Origin: Iphione sp. A-MEVVRFRX5
Lineage: Eukaryota
Direction: 5' to 3'
DNA length: 64,000 nt
Assembly (NCBI GenBank): GCA_976226885.1
Contig: OZ320313.1
Location: 116,064,001-116,128,000 of the forward strand
Positions 33,100-46,179 of this stretch are shown one piece after another; position 1 is the first letter of the stretch, and the number at the start of each line of letters is the position of its first letter. The position numbers and the translations under genes are program-made. Under the pieces are notes generated by a model. It was not told where the DNA came from, made no database searches, and saw nothing but the letters and a program-made list of their open reading frames with translations.

Positions 33100-35150
33100 A
33101 ATAATTAATATATGATCGATTCAAGAACCACTGCTCTCTTTGTGACACTCTAGCAAAACACCACACTGCGAAATATTCCATCGTTCTTGAGACATGTGGA
33201 GACATGAGTTACGCCTTTTACAACTTTATACACGTGAAAAGTAACCCTACAATTTCAAATGATGAAATAAATTTCGGTGGCCACAAGTATTTCAAATTCA
33301 GGTTTTACCTGCCGTGAATATTTATGCAGGGAAACGGAAGAAAGCGATTCCTGGACGCAGTATGGTGTGTTCCCAGGGTTACGTCAGCTGAACTTTTAGG
33401 GAAACAATCATCCAGACTTCTGCAATCAGCTGTGGCACGTCTCCTTCATAAAACATTTTCTGGGTTCATTATAAACATTTCTTAACCTTAATATGCATTT
33501 CATTCATATATGTACATGTACATGCTCCATATGGTTTTTGATAAAATTTTGAACTGCTTTGTAAAACAAGCTGGACCGGATGAATACCCCGACAGTATGA
33601 ATATATTTCCAATGCAAAACTTGGTGGACACTTTGTAGCCCGCTGGAAACCTTGCTGCTGCTTGTCATGAATATTAATAATGTGAACGAAAAAAAAGCCA
33701 TAGCAACAGCATGGTATTTTCACATGATCACGTTAGCCAGTCACGGAGGGCAACGATCATCCTGCATTTTCCCATAATATGCTCCATCTCTTGGGGTTTC
33801 TCGGCTTTCAACGAAGTTCCGTCTTAGCGTGGTCGGCTGTCGTGGTGGGCGAACATCTTTGCGGCTAAAGGCAGTCCTTCTGTTGGTGCTTCTACTCCTT
33901 ACAAGTTGTGAAGCCGCATCGATCGCATAAATACCGGTCTGCTGGGAAAGAAAGGGACCCTAGGAAGTTGTGTCAGATTAGGATACTGGACTATAGCAGC
34001 ATCATCATAACCAATACCTCAGACTGCTTGGGAAATCCTTCCAGGATTGTAAGAGTGCACTGATTCTTTGTGCAGAAAATGACCGAGCATCCTCTCAAAA
34101 AAAGATACATGTAACTACTGTCGAAACCCAATTTGCGGCCACCACCACTAACCGAACTCAAATGGTCCTAATAGGTACATTAGCTCCGCATAATACTAGG
34201 TAGACATTGCTAAATGCACTCGGTACACGCCACTGTGTAATCTTAATACATATGTAAAAATCGAACAGAAGCAAATGTTTTATGAACGAAATCCCCGGTA
34301 GTTTTACGAGAAGACATTATGAATCTAAAGCTTCAGAGATTTGATCCGAGGCGGGCATGGATGGAAAATTCCACAAAAGGGCCAAACCAGCTATATTTGC
34401 TTGAGGACACGGTGGTCAGTGATGACCAGAAGCTGAGCCGTACTGCTGAAGCAGCAAACTACAGTCGATGCCACCTAGGCAGAGGGATATAAGAGAGGAA
34501 TGAGACTGGTTCTGCCACAGGCGCCGCTGGTAGAGGGTAGGTTCATCCGAGGATTGTCTCACGGCGGCTCACCCCCTCAGAGGTACTTAATCCAAAATCA
34601 ATCCGGTCTGCTGGGACGCAGGCTCTGCTGCCAGGGATCAAGTTGGTTTGTCCGGGGGTGCGAACTTCCGGATCTCTTTGAGTGGTACTGATGTGAATCT
34701 GCATCCGAGTGTTTGTGTGCCCGTCCGTGTGTCAGTGTGAAAACACTACGGGCAACGAGATGAATAGACGGAAGCACGGGGCCACACACAAAGAGAGATT
34801 TCAATCTTTCAAATATGAACTGCTTGTACATGTGCTAAAAGGAGCAGACATTAGTGTTTCATATGTGATCTGTTTCGAAGAATTCTCCTTTTGATGCTAG
34901 GAGTTTCTATTGGGGGAAACAATCCATATTATTCCAGTATTCCGTGTTTATTAAACTTTACCTCACGAATACCACGAATGCGAGCACCGGAGGATTCAGC
35001 TAATTCAGCCCTTCTTGCAGAGTTGCCCTCCTTATTAGAGGCTCGTTCTTCTCATATATTATATAGTATTGGAACTGGGAAAATTGCCTTTGATTTTTAG
35101 TTACCCTCCAAGTTGAGTTGCCCGAAGGGTGAGTTGTTTCTGCTTGATAG
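33100..35150 (-). mobile_element. Decayed RTE-like ORF (APE to RT C-terminus)
   Basis: Collinear remnants: FPP..TPSIKRRIL / GEFFE (VYAPT...KE.FY-like, ~34860-34920), CGFT (Q.GFR-like, ~33910), VGVFIRSSLF (GV.QG..LSP.LF-like, ~33570-33595) and LKYL (~33285). Confidence 0.4.
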
Positions 35151-35504
35151 GTACCAGTGACGGCTTCAAGTAAGGATTTATAAAAAATATCTCACAAAAA
35201 CCGTCTAATAACGATATATTCTCTGGATATGTTCATTTTTTGTTTCAAACAATGTTATAATCAATGAAACAATGGTAGAGTATTCCAAATGTATGGTTGG
35301 GTTTGGTTCCATTAACGTTGTGAATGGGAAAGTGAAGTCACTGAGGCACCACAGTGGTAGTAGAAAGTAAACGTTTCCAACTGGTTGGATCTTTGTTTTT
35401 AGGCCCAGTTTCCTTGTGTACGGATTTTTTTCTGCACTGCATGTGAAGTCCGGAAAATGAGCTGTTTTCCACAAGTCCACAGACACCCGGTTTCTTTGTG
35501 TATG

Positions 35505-35509
<5 letters not shown>

Positions 35510-35565
<56 letters not shown>
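35510..35565. repeat. (GA)n microsatellite
   Basis: Read directly from the sequence. Confidence 0.97.
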
Positions 35566-35582
35566 TTTTCCATTCTCTGTGG

Positions 35583-35800
35583 ATTGTGTGGTTTTTAATG
35601 AAGGTTGAGACATATCAGTCAAAATTGTGTGGTTTTTAATGGAGGTTGAGACATATTGGTTGAAATTATGCATTTTTTTAATGGAGGTTGAGACCTATTG
35701 GTGAAAATTATGAGGCCTTTAATGGTTTTTAAAGAGGTTTTCCAAAATTGTGCGGTTTTTAATGGAGGTTGAGACTTGTCAATATTGTGCAGTTTTTATG
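35583..35800. repeat. About 41-bp minisatellite, ~5 degenerate copies
   Basis: Unit ATTGTGTGGTTTTTAATGGAGGTTGAGACATATTGGTTGAA; first two units start at 35583 and 35624. Confidence 0.9.
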
Positions 35801-35839
35801 CAATTATATGCAAATTACTGTTGTGTGATGTTGCTCATT

Positions 35840-35928
35840 GTTCTACTCAGTTTTCCTGGGAGATCTCTCTATGTTATGTAGAGTGAAGTGAAAATAAACG
35901 TCTTGTATCTTGTATCTTGTATCTTGTA
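35840..35928 (+). mobile_element. 5'-truncated LINE/SINE 3' end with (TCTTGTA)4 tail
   Basis: CTGGGAGATCTC..TATGT...GAAGTGAAAATAAAC followed by a tandem tail. The same 3' end occurs at 43288-43331. Confidence 0.75.
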
Positions 35929-36199
35929 AAAATATTTCATAACAACTAACACATGTTACATAGTTATACAATGTTTTACCTTTTTAAATGACCATTTCAG
36001 TATCCTACTGGTCCATGGATGTCCGTGGTCTGGAGGAAAAATGAACATGGTCCATTTTCGGTCTCTGGACCATGGACACAGACACATGGGACACCCTCTG
36101 TTAAAACCAGTGAGATAGTTTTGGGGGGGGGGGCCACAGACTGTGTGGCCAGGGAGAAAATCTGTACACAAGGAAACCAGGCCTTAATCCTTAGCATCT

Positions 36200-37900
36200 G
36201 CTTATATCACCTGTGAAGAAACTTTGTCAGAATAAAGAGAGGCATAAAGCTTATATTCTCTACGGTAAGATTATACTACATTTATCTCCTGAGATGTTAT
36301 TCCAGTTACAAAGTTTACAGCTTTTAGCTGAGAATGTCTCCAAGCATCATTCGGCCTTAGAGAGCTACGAGACATGTTAGACGGTCAAAATAATCTTTTT
36401 TAGGTATCAAACCTGATTACGGAGTTAAACCAGGTAAGGCGTTGTTCACTCTTTCGCAGATCTTGGCCCTGAAATTTATAGGATGTTATATGGCTGGGTT
36501 ATATTTGGCGGTGAAGGTGCAGTTATCGGTCCCTCTTTTAGCTTCACATACATGTATTGCCATTTTTGGCACTTTTACAACTCCATTTTCACAGATTAAG
36601 GCTTGAACTGGCATTTTTAGAGCTCTCTACGGGCACCTAAACTCCATATGCTGTAAACTAGAACATCACTACGTGGTGTTTTTTATAAAATAAAATTTTG
36701 AGAAAAAACTTTGAATTGGAAGAATACAAATGTACAGAGACGATACATGTTCGAGCCTAGTACAGCATTCAGTTAATGTCTGAAGTCGTATTTCGTTCTG
36801 TTTTTCCATATATGTAGCTTCTTCCATATTGATGACAGTTTTATATGTCTCTGGCTCCATCAAAACGAAATTCCTGTTACCCAACAGTATAAACCTAATT
36901 ACTCTTTTGCTGTTGCAATAGACTACAGTAAATCCCTTGTATAGGCAGGGGATAAAGTACATGCGTGCGCACGATTTGTAATCAGATTACTGTATTGAAA
37001 TTCATGCTTTAAACCACCTGATAATTTGGCGTGTTACAAATTCGTTTAATAAAGTTCCTTAATGCATACAGATCTGACTTGAAATTTGAAGAACATGACA
37101 GAAACATCATCGCTGGCAGATTAGCGTCGTAATGAGAACGTTAATATCATCATCATTCATGGGACATGCCATTCATCCTACTGCTTAGTGTCACACTACA
37201 TGCAAATGCGCTCACTTTCCTTTGGCTTTATAATATATTGCTTTCTTCCAGGCTTTAATAGAAAGCTATTAATATAAGAGGGTGTTTTTTTATAGGAACA
37301 CAAGTACGGGTTTTGAAATTTTTAAGCATATCTCGTCTGTACCCTGTTATTGTACCAGCTGTTACAAAAAACAAGTCTAAAATAGGAACATGAGCTGAAT
37401 CAAAGTCAAATTGGATTTAGGTGTCGCTCTTATGACCTCTTTTTTTGAAAAATATGTCTTTCCTAATTCGGCTGTTTTCCATGTCCGTGTTTCAAAATCT
37501 AGCACTTGTTGTACAATCTAATGGACCGTCAGCAGCTGTGCAGCGAGCAAATCACTGTCGACCTTGTGGTCGCACCCTAATTCACTGTGGACGCATTATT
37601 AAGGCAGCGGGCAGGATATTAGCTCTGCCACCACGATTGCCTTTCCATGTTGGCACCACGCCCCAAAACCGACCTCTACACCCGAAGTGTAGGTTCACCA
37701 TTTGCGTCCCTATGCTGCCGGTCCTGGGCAAGTCGCAATCCGCAACACTTGGACTGGTGGCCGGTCCTTGACACGAGCAGTGTCAAAAGGTGCGACATCA
37801 TTTCTCACTCGTGGAATATGGATGGTCTCTTCAATTGTCTATTTTAGGACAATGAAATCAGAATGTGACAACACTCGCTTCCTGAGAGGAATGCCTTGTT
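36200..37900 (-). mobile_element. Decayed RTEX-like RT and C-terminal region
   Basis: LGCDHKV (GVRQG-like, ~37545-37580), IQSFFSKFYFIKNTT (H.KFCK.IL.VK.TT-like, 36669-36720) and AYGV*VPVE (VYGELGR.P-like, ~36620-36655), in order. Confidence 0.45.
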
Positions 37901-38249
37901 TATGGTGCTAGTCTGGAGGACTTCAGCACCTCCCGGTACGAAAGTTATCTTCGAGGAAACACTTCCCGCAATACATTGAATGTTCTAAAAAACAGTCGCT
38001 AGACACTCCCTCTAACAGATCTTGTTATTCATGGTCCACCTGGGGAATTAATAATACAGTGCAGTATTTTGGAGTTAATGCATATATCAAATAGACCAAT
38101 AAATGCGATGCATTCCCTCTTTATGACGGTTCGTTGATCTTAAGGTGTTTACTCCAATTGCTTTTACCATGTACGTTCTCCCATGCTCCTGCAGAAATCA
38201 TGACATTACCACTGGCTGTATCACCCTTATGATATGAGGCACTTAATGG

Positions 38250-38950
38250 TACAAGAACAGAATTAAATGGTTGAACCAACGTTACCACCTAATGTTTGGG
38301 TTATTTTACGGGTTGGTTGAACAAATGAATGGTGTGATTTGATTATTGCATGAAGCAGTCTTTTTGCTCCTGAACAAATTGAAGACAATTGTCGGTCCTC
38401 TGCGTTTTATTATATTGGTGAATGACATACAGGAATCAATTAGTACTTATAAAGTGCTAGCATATGCTGCTGACTTGGTATTAATTTCTGAGCATGAAAG
38501 GCACGTGGAATGTATGAATGCTTTACAATCAGGGGTAAAGGAATTGAAGGAATGGTCTAGGAATAATTCTTTTTTAAACTTATCAATATAAATCAAACAA
38601 AAATCATGGAACACTCATATTACCCAGATACAGTAGAGTCTCTATTTCTGACCGCATCTATTTCCAACCATTCTTGCTATTACAACCATTTGAAATGGGA
38701 AAAAAGTCCTGATTTGTATGATTAATACTAATCTATTTACGACCAAACTTCCTATTCTGACCATTTTGGGTGGGACCCTACCACTGGTGGGAAATAGAGA
38801 CTCTACTGTATATTATCCGAGAAGAAATTGTTCTGTAGTAGCTATTGTGAGGAAGTTGATACAGTAGCCTCCTTAGGGGTAATTAGACTGGAAACTGAAA
38901 GATAAGAATAGCCTACATTCTGAGACGTTTGCTATGAAAAATAAAGTGCA
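38250..38950 (+). mobile_element. CR1/L2-group RT core fragment, interrupted by a MITE
   Basis: ORF 38346-38591 VGPLRFIILVNDIQESISTYKVLAYAADLVLIS...LQSGVKELKEWSRNN..LN is the RT LGPLLF..F.ND....YADD...W...N.L.LN block. SLGVI..WKL follows after the MITE. Confidence 0.75.
38631..38808. mobile_element. 178-bp Tc1/mariner-type MITE
   Basis: Perfect 18-bp TIRs CAGTAGAGTCTCTATTTC / GAAATAGAGACTCTACTG, with TA on both sides. Confidence 0.95.
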
Positions 38951-40149
38951 TGCACTGTGAAATACGTTTTTACAGAGTGCTGCGAATTCTGGTACAATGT
39001 GTAACCACAGTATCATACTGCAGAGTAAATAACAGACAATATATTATAAATCATGATTAATTAGTACAACAAATATAATGATTTATGATATAATCTACAC
39101 TATATTATACTGTCATAGACTATGATATGGTCTTATATATTGATACAAAATTGTATATGACTGAGAAAGCATTTCCCAGTCGACCATATGGATAAACGAA
39201 ATTGAGATAAGAATATAAATGAATTAGTTACCCGATATCAAAAGTTCGCAATCTGCAATAACATGAATGTACTTCTATTTTATGGTCACTGCCTGAGAAT
39301 ATAGGGTCTTTTGGTGAAAGGTTATCACAAAGGTAATCATTTTTATAAGGTAAGGAAATATGAATATGATTTAGGACGTCGCCGGTAACAACAATCCTGC
39401 AAGAAATTGATCATGGATGGTATCTCGATCCAAACAAATACACTGAAATTTTAAAAACATATATATCACTCTAAGAAAGCTTTATGACTGCCTGAGTAAA
39501 GGATTCATGACAAAATAGTATAAAAAAAACACAATGGTACAAAACTAACTGTATTAAGGATAGATTACTGTTCTGTGTAGCTATGTGATAGTGACATCAA
39601 AAAACAGGAAAACGAACAGGAATTGGTAATATAAAGTTAGAAATTGGTAAAAAAAAATCGTCCTAGATCAACATGATGTAAACAATATAACTAATTACTG
39701 AGATTTTGTATGGTTTGATATTTGATTGTATCATCCTATAGAAATTGTATAATTAAACAGGACTTCACCTTCACTTGTATAAATCATCAAGTGTATGACG
39801 CATAGTGGTTACACTGGTTTATTATAGCAAGAATACTTTTTCCAGTGAAATGAAACTAATAAAAACAGATAATTCACACCATAACAAATTCATGTCAAAT
39901 CAATTTCTACCATCAAACATCATCCTAAAAACATTTGGTGTGTTTACAGGTTCATTCTGACGCAGGTCAACGAAGTTATGAACGATCTACGCGTACGTGT
40001 ACACAAGTGTATAGTTTACCTTCGTTATATAAAACATAGCGTAAAAGTATTGATAGTGACACTTCATTTCAGTACCATACCATATAAGGCTAGGTTGAAG
40101 AGTCAGCAGGATATATCGTTGCGCGGAGATAAATGATTGTCAATGTATA

Positions 40150-41300
40150 TTTAGCACTCGATACTTCGACACCAAGCAAGAAAGAAAGAAATGTTTGAAA
40201 GGCTAGTTGTGCACTTTCAACGACGAGCAAAGAAATTATTATAAAATAATTAAACCAAACATAAAAGCCTGTCCATCATAGGCTATCAGTAGTTATGGGC
40301 TCCCACAACACATACAGAAAAATATGCTTTCGAGGCTTTCAGTATGAGGTGCACGCAATTGAGGCTTGAGCCGCAAGAACAGCCAATTAATAATAACATA
40401 AAAAGCGAAACAGGGTCCCATTAGTAGGACCATGAGGGATAGTTTCTGAAAGCCGTGCTGCTTTCCATGTATTTAGCTCTGGGTAATGCTTTCTGGGAGC
40501 ACTTTATTAACAGCCTGTTTTATTTCGGCTTTTCCTTACCTGGTTGAGGTTGCTGGAAAGCCCTTGTGTGTTCTACTATTTACCAGGAGATTGCTGTGGC
40601 AGAAACCTGACGCAAAATTGTCCAGCTGTATTCAATGGTATCAATTAATAGACCCGCATCAGACTGACAGTTGCATTAAAATATGCGATATATTCGGCAG
40701 TGTATGAGGGTAAATGTCGATGAATTGCATATATTTTCCAAACTGCCAATGTCCGCTTAATAGATGTACATACTTATCTTTCACGTAGTTTTTTTGTTTT
40801 TCATTAATGCCGCTTCTAAGACCTCAATAATTTATCCTCGATATTCAGGAACACATTGGGTTGAGATCGTTAATGGGTCTACTAATTTGTATGAATGAAG
40901 TGAAGCTTTACGATCGCAGTTTTATTATTAGCCAATTCTCTAGTCAAGCCATGCCCACATGTGTTGTAGTGAATACTTCATTGACCAATTGATTACTAAA
41001 AGCAACTATCTATAAACCTTTTTTGAAAGAATACAATACCCTCGGTGATATTGATCACATCGTATGACGAGGTGGCAGTTGAATAATGTAAAACAATGGC
41101 TGGTTTTCCTTTTCACTCTCTATTGAATTGATGTCATCTGTGCGTGCTAAGTCTGTGTCAAGTATGGATGCCCGCTGGCAAGAGCATTCTATTGTTGAGA
41201 GCAAGTGATATTTTGTTGCTACTGATTAAGTCATCAGAAAGAAATGAGACAAAGTAGTTGGAAATTTCAATATATGTATATGGTCACAGTCCATATTAAT
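40150..41300 (-). mobile_element. Decayed LINE RT fragment
   Basis: Minus strand IPHGPTNGTLFRFLCY (~40395-40445) resembles GVPQGTVLGPLLFL.F.N. Confidence 0.4.
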
Positions 41301-41618
41301 ATTTTTAGGAAAGACTAACAACTTGCTCTTAAGAATGAAGTGTTTCCAAATAGGAAACGCCCTCGCACTCGGCTATAAGCTATTATATGGACAAGTAAGA
41401 GTTATTGAGTTAAAACATTTCCATCAGCGGTTTTTAATTGTACGCCTGTGATTTCGACCAGCGACTAAAATATGGTTTCTTGGTACACGTATGTGCTTGT
41501 CAAAGGCGGCAGTCTGACTTTCAATTGCTCTCTGTGCTAACAACGCCCTTTCCACCCAGCCCTCCTCCTACCCTGCCTTTTACACATCTCTGCCTCCCAC
41601 CCTCTCTCTCGTTCTCTC

Positions 41619-41960
41619 TATAAAAGACCCACGGCTGCAAGAGAGTGGGCCGACACGCAGCCTGCGCCCTGGAGGCCGATTGTTTCTTTACAGTGAGTGA
41701 CCCGGCCGATCATCGTCGCGCGCTGCAGCCTTAGAGACTGAGATGCTAGGCGTAGGCAAAGGACGAGTTCTGAGGCGATTCCAATGAAGCACTGCCTTTC
41801 TGACATCAAATAGAATCTGGCGTGATTATTCGCCGGTGGCTGGTTGCATAAAAGAGCGCGGCCCTAGTTGCTTCTCACCGGCTTTTCTCCTGCCGTCCCG
41901 TGCTGTATGTGCAGCCAAGTTCCACTCCCCTGCTCTTCGAAACAGCAGAACAGTTACCAT
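41619..41960 (+). promoter_or_regulatory. Possible TATA promoter and CpG-rich first exon
   Basis: TATAAAAG at 41619-26 after a pyrimidine tract, followed by CpG-rich sequence and a donor-like CAGTGAGT (~41691-98). No ORF. Confidence 0.25.
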
Positions 41961-42539
41961 TCCCTGTGCCTAACAGGCCGATATTCTGGTTGAGACTAGA
42001 CCCCTCTACAAAGACATTGTCACTCTAAAGTTTGGGGAGCAGGTACACTGGTTGGAAATGGTGCGCCATGTTTTTTGCTATGGAATACATAAGGTCGCAA
42101 CTCCAATCGTTACTGTGTGCATGGTAGTTTACACTTAGTCCGAACTAAATGGCAAAGTTGTAAGCCCGTTTACCTCTTTACCCTTTGTGTGGTTTGGCAG
42201 GGCCTAAAGTTTAACTTCTGCCTTTCCTAAAGTACGTATATTTGTGTGTGGCCTTCATCCATATCGACGATGCCCAAGAAGCTAAAGCGTCTGTTTCTGT
42301 TATCTTGTATTAACAATGGTAGTGACAATTTCCCAACTGAAGTCTGAGACCCATGACTAATAGGGGTGTTTACAATACTTTGTACTATACATATTGTGTC
42401 ACGTTATTCCCATATAAAGCTGATCATTGAATACTCGCGGCAGAGACAGTTCAAATGAGAGATTCGGAGTCCACATAGTTCATCTGAAATCAAAATCAAC
42501 ACCCATCCACCACCACCGAGTGAGAAACCTAAACGGTTT

Positions 42540-43350
42540 ATGACGATTGTTCACCTTACTCTACATGGGACTCTACATGAGACAAGAACAGTTACAGATA
42601 ATCCAGGAAATGAGATAATAATATATTGGTTAGACAAGGGCCTGACGTGGAAGGCAAGTGTGAAAAGAACTAAACAGAGAGTGAAGCAGCGAGTGTTCAC
42701 CTTGTGCAAGGTGGTTAAGTATCTAGACATTTGCAACAGATTGACAGTGTTTAAATCCTTTATCGCTCCATTATTTGAGTGTGACATGTTTTCTAACAAC
42801 TGTTAGCAGAATTTACTAGATGAGTTGCAGATCATGTACAATGGAAGCCTTAAGCTCTGCTACCTCTCTATGGAGAGACCACAGCTTGTCTCTACTGGCA
42901 GTGAGAGGACAACTCCCACTGACAATGCTCATACACTGACTCTACCACTTAGGACTGCTAGAGAAGGCAAAGTCAAAGTGTTGCATGAGACAATTCAGGA
43001 GTATATCCTTGTCCATTGATAGGCCAACATCTACCCTGTACAAAAAGTTGTTTGCCCATCAGGGAATGTTGTACTGGAATAAAGTAGATAGCAAATGGAA
43101 GAGTGAGACCAACCTGAACAGGTTAAAGCAATTTTTGAAAATATTGACAAAATGAGCAAGAAGTGGTACATGGGATACAGAATATATTGCAGTACAAGTC
43201 TGTAGTGTTAGCCTATACCTTGAATATATCACTGTACAGGTAGATCTCGTTTTCTACCCCTATACATGTACATACGTTTCTGGTTTGCTGGGAGATCTCG
43301 CTATGTAATCATATTGAGAAGTGAAATAAACTGTCATTGTCATTGTTATA
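42540..43350 (+). mobile_element. 5'-truncated CR1/L2-group LINE 3' end
   Basis: ORF 42540-42806 WLDKGLTWKASVKRTKQRVKQRVFTLCKVVKYLD...RLTVFKSFIAPLFE matches the RT C-terminal region. YWNKVDSKW (LWN.L-like) lies at ~43075. AATAAA at 43325 is followed by a (TGTCAT)n tail. Confidence 0.8.
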
Positions 43351-45012
43351 TTCCTTTATTTTTGTTTGAACCTTTGCTTCTTCATCTAGTAGTCTTCGAT
43401 GGTTCCTAATATGGCCAGGAATGCAGTTGTTGGCGAAGGTCAGTTTTTTAATCAAGTAGGTACTATTGACATATGCGACCATTCCTCTTACGTTACACGC
43501 TCTCTGCCTACCTCCCTCTATATATATGTTAGATTGCTCGGTTCCGATGGCTATTCCTTAACAACATATACCAAGAGTTGCCGAACTGCAGATCTTGTGC
43601 CTTGTTCCAGATAACGCAGTATCCTCCTGATAACTATCTAACCACTGATGGCATGAAAGGGCCAGTGGCACCAATTTTGTCACATCTTTTTAGCTCAATG
43701 GAATTACATTGTCAGATGGACCATTATTCTGCTCACATTAGTGGCGGGATAAAACTAACATACTGTTATTATTACATTATTTGACGTGCGGTGTAGATTT
43801 CCATCATGCAACCTAATCGGCTCTATTTGATCCTCTGCTCACTTTACTTCATACACCATCTCGTTACGCGCAGATAAAAGCACAACTTTCTACGCAGTTT
43901 CTGGTCAAGGACACTTGTTTAAGTGGTGAACAAGTTAACAAGGACTTGAGTCATGTTTTCATACTATCATAAATCTTATTGTATCATATCGACCGTTAAA
44001 TTCTCCACTCCTTTCAGAAGGGACTGCCAAAAGGATGCTACGAAAGGTTCCTTTTTTGAAGCGGCAGCAATGTAATGGGCTTCCACCGATTGGTACTAGT
44101 TACGAGTGCATCTATATGTATTAGAGAATCCTTTTCGTGGTAAGCCAGCACCAGTGTAAAAAGGTATATCATCCATTCTGAGAACCAGCGGGACTCGTAC
44201 GTATTGTATCTTCTCTAAGCGGGAAACATATTTCCTGGCCTAGTTTCCCGCTGCGTTCTCTGTTACCCATCAATGGCAACTGTTTTAAAAAGTAACGAGA
44301 GCAACAGAAGAATGGGGGAGTATTTGATATTTCTATTCGTCATTGTTTCGTACAAAGTCACACTCGTCTATGACTAAATATAGCTTAATTCATCTGCCAC
44401 CATTTCACATCCATGCTGATGTATATCGGTGGCATGTTCCAAGGGGTTTACCGTGGCCCCTTTGTGATAGGATAGTCTGTAGGGCTGCATATCCTTTTGT
44501 AATGGGTATTTGGTATATCCTATTCATAAAGGCATGATTCAGGTATCCGTAAGTGCTTATTCATGTGATCTAGTGAAGGTGTCATCTAGTAGGAGCATGT
44601 TCCATGTATCCGCTTGCGGATGAGGATTACAGAAGTTACCTTACTCCTGCGGCCATCCTGCCAATACTAGTTGGCTCTGTATACATGCACTCATATGTTG
44701 TTTAAGACCAAGCATTGTCCCATCATTTGAAAGTTTCAGTGCACTCGTGTATGTATTAGGGATGCAAAGTGATATTACGTGGACTGCATCACCGGGCATT
44801 ACCATTAACTGACAGACGAGTATCTTTGCCATAAAATCACATAAATATGTCCCCAATGTGCAAATACATGTATATGCTTAATTCAGTGCATTTGGTTGCT
44901 TTTGTTCTCTCATAATCCTATATGCTATATCTCTGTGTTGAAAATTCGAACCAACACAATGTCCACCATTTTGGGTTTTTTTTTAAAAAATCGAATGAAG
45001 ACAATGACTTAT

Positions 45013-45221
45013 TACGCTACCTATATAAAACCTTGCCTGAAAGTAGTCCAGCCATGACCCAAAATCTCATATGTATGAGACTCTTTCAAAACTTCATGAT
45101 TTGTTTTCTCTCACATGCTATGTTCATCTTTTTTTAGAATAATAGATACTGCCACGTGTTTTACGATAGAAATCAGAATATAAAAGAAAACCAGCACAGA
45201 ATTCTGGGACTATTTTTTCAG
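45013..45221 (+). repeat. Dispersed repeat, copy 1 (homologous to 60473-60685, inverted)
   Basis: Both copies share TAC.CTACCTATATAAAAC.TTGCCTGAAAGTAGTCC.GCCATG and remain collinear to GGACTA.TTTTCAG. Confidence 0.85.
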
Positions 45222-46179
45222 GTGGACATAATATCACTACACCTATGACACCTATGTATGTGCAGTCAAGCATTACCAAGGGTCATAAAATGCTACAAGC
45301 AACCTGGACTTTGACCCCTCCCCCAGCCCAGTACAAGTGCTGAAGGCGCTTGTATCTATCAAATAAAAATTAATGATTTGAATGATTAGTCTAAAATCAA
45401 AACATGGTTTTTGGGACATTAAACGTATAGGAGTGTCACTGTCTGCCATATTAGAGCTACAGTTAACCAGTCTAGACACTAGTCTAATCAAAAGTCCCAG
45501 GTTTAGGTCTTAATGTACATGACTTAAAAATGCTGGATCAGTAGATTAGTAGCTAACAATTACTCTCAGCAACTAGCAACCACGTTCTCCACGTTCTCTA
45601 GTTACAGTTAACTTCCCAGTGTAATTCAAGGGTTACCTTCACATTTCCGGTAACGTGTTGAAAAATATAGGGTCAGAAGGTAAGTAGTTTTTCTTTCTTT
45701 TATTTCATTGATAATATATCGTGAAAACAATTGTAGGATTTCAAGTCTGACAAAACCACTTTCCGTTGGATCTTAGTGGTACTTCTATTGTATGACAGTG
45801 ATCCAAGGAACAAAATCGTCCGAATCTGTGGCTCGATTCAGTGCCAAGATGTTGGCAAAACAAATATTTTTAAAGGTACAACTGGCCAAAATGTATGGTC
45901 AGTTAGGGTACCATAAACACAGACGTTTGTTGTTGACTAGGGATAATTAGACTACATTTCAATGTAGGCCTACCGGACGTTAGGTGAAGGCTGAGATTTA
46001 AGGCGTACTGGCTCAAGACTAAAGGATGTGTTTGATATTTTGATATGTTCAGATTAATTGCACTGTCAGCGTAAACTTGATCAGGATTGTGTGCAGACCA
46101 GAACAATATGGGTCGAGAACAATAAATTTGATCTGACTGTAATTCAAAATTCAAAGATAAAAGCCCCCGAAGAATCGCC

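Larger units (their letters stand above)
35402..36183. mobile_element. Composite Kolobok-type TIR element with nested repeats
   Basis: Left TTTA|GGCCCAGTTTCCTTGTGTACGGATTTT; right AAAATCTGTACACAAGGAAACCAGGCC|TTAA. A partial second copy of the left TIR lies at 35488-35509. Confidence 0.75.

Noticed and set aside
35583-35800. CRISPR-like array
   Set aside because: Units are head-to-tail with no unique spacers, there are no cas genes, and the context is eukaryotic. It is a minisatellite.
39300-39900. Further plus-strand RT remnants (also 49900-50400 and 52030-52400)
   Set aside because: Only single weak motifs, too degraded to list as features. They are probably TE-derived.
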